Below, one piece after another: positions 33,326-35,542 of a stretch of DNA of 35,542 nt. A model generated the notes under the pieces. That model was not told where the DNA came from and made no database searches. It saw only the letters and a list, made by a program, of their open reading frames with translations. Location: the IMG/VR virus record IMGVR_UViG_3300033076_000558, positions 1-35,542 of that record. One strand, given 5' to 3'. Origin of the DNA: a virus (lineage: Duplodnaviria; Caudoviricetes). Position numbers and translations under genes: made by a program. Each line of letters begins with the position of its first letter. Positions within the stretch are counted from its first letter, which is position 1.

Positions 33326-35542
33326 ATGTCACGCAACGCATCTGGAACCTACACGCTGCCCAGCGGCAACCCTGTTGTATCGGGCACGCTCATCGAGGCC
33401 ACATGGGCCAACGACACATTGAGCGATTTGGCCAGCGCCATGACCGACTCGCTGTCGCGCTCTGGTCAGGGCGGCATGACGGCTGCGCTGCGTTTGTACG
33501 ACGGCACATCGTCTGTGCCTGGCTTGGCCTGGGGCAGCGAGACGACTACAGGCTGGTATCGCGCTGGCGCTGGTGACATGCGCCTGGTGGTGACCGGCTC
33601 CACGGTCATGCAGTACCTGTCGACTGGTGTTGCGATTACAGGAACGCTAAGCGCTTCCGGCAACACCACGGTGGGTGGCACCCTGGGCGTGACTGGCGCG
33701 GCTACTTTGACTGCTGGTGCAACCATCCAAGGCCTCACCGTAGGCCGTGGCGCAGGTGCTGTGTCCACCAACACTGCGGTGGGTGCGAGTGCGCTGGCGG
33801 CGAATACGAGTGGCGTTCAAAATACTGCCGTTGGTTATCAGGCGGCGCAGTCCGCATCTACGGCCACAAACATAACGGCGGTTGGGCATCAAGCGGCAAA
33901 TAGCGCAACTGGTGACGGAACTGTTGCCGTTGGAACTTCTGCGGCGTTTGCATCAACCGGGGCAGACAACACCGCAATGGGTGCGGCGGCTCTTTTGACA
34001 AATAGTTCTGGCGCATACAACACCGCGATTGGCCGTTCTGCGCTTCGCTTCAACACCACAGCCTCTAACAACACTGCTGTTGGTTATCAGGCGCTTTATT
34101 CAAACACAACTGGTGCAGATAACGCTGCTTTCGGCTTTCAAGCTCTTTACTCCAATACCACCGCGCTAAACAATAGTGCCTTTGGAGCGTATGCGGCTCG
34201 TGCAAACACGACCGGGGCAGGCATCACTGCCATTGGTAATTACACGCTATATTCAAATACGACTGGCGAAGGAAACGTTGCTGTTGGTGGGCTATGGCAG
34301 GGGAACTATGCCGCTGCTTTGTATGCCAACACAACCGGAAACGTTAATACCGCTGTTGGTGCAGGCGCATTACGATTAAACACGACTGGAAATTCCAATA
34401 CAGCGCATGGCGGTCTTGCGCTTTACAACAACACCACTGCCTCCTACAACACGGCTGTGGGGTATCAGGCTGCTTACAGTAACGTCACTGGAACTGAAAA
34501 CGCAACGCTTGGCTATTTGTCGCTGTATTCAAACACTGCGTCGTACAACTCTGCCTTTGGTGGGTTTGCACTGTTTACAAACAGCACAGGCACGTTGAAC
34601 ACTGCCATCGGTCATAGCGGATTGCGCTACAACACCACAGGCTCGTACAACACATCGCTTGGCAATCAGGCTTTGTTCAACAACACCACCGCCAACTACA
34701 ACACCGCAGTGGGGCATCAGGCGGCATACTCAAATAGCACCGGAACTAATGTCACTGCTGTCGGCTACCAAGCAGGCTTTTCCAACACAGGCGACTACAA
34801 CGTCTATGTTGGCAATATCGCTGGCTATTCAACTACGAGTGCCACTGGTGTTGTTGCTGTTGGTCGTGCGGCTTTGTTTGCTAATACAACTGGCTCGTCC
34901 AACATTGCGATGGGGCAGTCTGCGCTGACCGCAAACACAACGGGGGACAACAATACTGCTATTGGTCATACAGCCCTCTTCACCAACACAACAGCACCGC
35001 AGTCAACTGCTGTTGGTTACCGAGCCTTATATAGCGCAACTGGTGGCTATAACACGGCGATTGGTTTTGAAGCAGGCAAGGTTCAAACAACTGGTGACAG
35101 CAACACATACCTTGGTCGAGGTGTTGCATCTACTGGGGCAGGGTCAACTGGGTCGCATAACACTGCTATTGGAAATTATGCGATTGGTGGGATTACGAGC
35201 GGCAGCTATAACGTAGCGGTAGGTTCCGCTGCACTTTCCGCCAACACCACCGCCTCCAATAACACTGCTGTGGGGTATCAGGCTGGATATAGCAACACGA
35301 CAGGCCCTGCCGTAACATACCTCGGCAAAGTTGCTGGTTATAGTGCCACAGGCGGCTACAACACTTTTGTTGGAGACTCTGCCGGCTACTACATCACCTC
35401 TGGCGCAAACAACACCATCCTCGGTCGCTACAACGGCAACCAAGGCGGCCTCGACATCCGCACTTCCAACAACTACATCGTGCTGTCGGATGGGGATGGG
35501 AATCCTCGTCAGATCATCGACTCCAGCGGTAACTTGCTGGTG
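33326..35542 (+). CDS. Tail fibre / receptor-binding protein with ~17-aa NTTG..NTAVG..AL repeats (3'-truncated)
   Basis: GGAG RBS, ATG 33326, MSRNASGTYTLPSGNPVVSGT; frame is consistent to the window end (...IVLSDGDGNPRQIIDSSGNLLV); absent from ORF track because it has no stop. Confidence 0.88.
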   Translation, partial: MSRNASGTYTLPSGNPVVSGTLIEATWANDTLSDLASAMTDSLSRSGQGGMTAALRLYDGTSSVPGLAWGSETTTGWYRAGAGDMRLVVTGSTVMQYLSTGVAITGTLSASGNTTVGGTLGVTGAATLTAGATIQGLTVGRGAGAVSTNTAVGASALAANTSGVQNTAVGYQAAQSASTATNITAVGHQAANSATGDGTVAVGTSAAFASTGADNTAMGAAALLTNSSGAYNTAIGRSALRFNTTASNNTAVGYQALYSNTTGADNAAFGFQALYSNTTALNNSAFGAYAARANTTGAGITAIGNYTLYSNTTGEGNVAVGGLWQGNYAAALYANTTGNVNTAVGAGALRLNTTGNSNTAHGGLALYNNTTASYNTAVGYQAAYSNVTGTENATLGYLSLYSNTASYNSAFGGFALFTNSTGTLNTAIGHSGLRYNTTGSYNTSLGNQALFNNTTANYNTAVGHQAAYSNSTGTNVTAVGYQAGFSNTGDYNVYVGNIAGYSTTSATGVVAVGRAALFANTTGSSNIAMGQSALTANTTGDNNTAIGHTALFTNTTAPQSTAVGYRALYSATGGYNTAIGFEAGKVQTTGDSNTYLGRGVASTGAGSTGSHNTAIGNYAIGGITSGSYNVAVGSAALSANTTASNNTAVGYQAGYSNTTGPAVTYLGKVAGYSATGGYNTFVGDSAGYYITSGANNTILGRYNGNQGGLDIRTSNNYIVLSDGDGNPRQIIDSSGNLLV

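Larger units (their letters stand above)
1..35542. mobile_element. Temperate tailed phage (podovirus-like gene set), probably near-complete, non-integrated form
   Basis: Lysis, integrase/attP, immunity switch, replication, terminase, portal, capsid, tail and fibre modules with no host genes; attP is uninterrupted; no tape-measure or sheath gene seen. Confidence 0.95.

Noticed and set aside
33326-35542. Diversity-generating retroelement or invertible tail-fibre cassette
   Set aside because: No reverse transcriptase, no TR/VR pair differing at adenines, and no serine invertase or inverted crossover sites seen in the window

Overview
The whole window is one GC-rich temperate tailed phage, probably a near-complete circularly permuted genome: it opens in a small gene that typically follows a tail fibre and ends inside the tail fibre gene. 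Gene order: lysis cassette (holin-like protein, GH24 endolysin, terminator); an intact attP whose core is the 3' half of a proteobacterial tRNA-Cys(GCA); tyrosine integrase; a leftward early operon (RuvC-like, HNH-HTH, Cas4-like exonuclease, DUF669 SSB-like, Sak4-like ATPase, small ORFs); a CI/Cro-like switch; primase-helicase; small accessory ORFs; an origin-like repeat region with a perfect DnaA box; terminase, portal, head module, podovirus-type tail and ejection genes; tail fibre. The most notable unexplained signals are: (1) the major-capsid 3' UTR carries a seed (UGUCGUGGG, within a 20-nt stretch) antisense to a CCCACGACA motif found at the translation starts of five other phage genes, and the seed sits in a two-state terminator, suggesting a 3'-UTR-derived antisense RNA network; (2) a 782-aa head-module protein with a pre-toxin-TG-like N-terminus and an HhH-glycosylase-like core; (3) a structured loop-E-containing RNA candidate in the recombination operon; (4) a repressor lacking autocleavage residues, with five dispersed 17-bp operator-like sites. 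All product calls come from motif recognition by eye, not database searches, and several starts were moved from the ORF track to fit RBS and overlap evidence.
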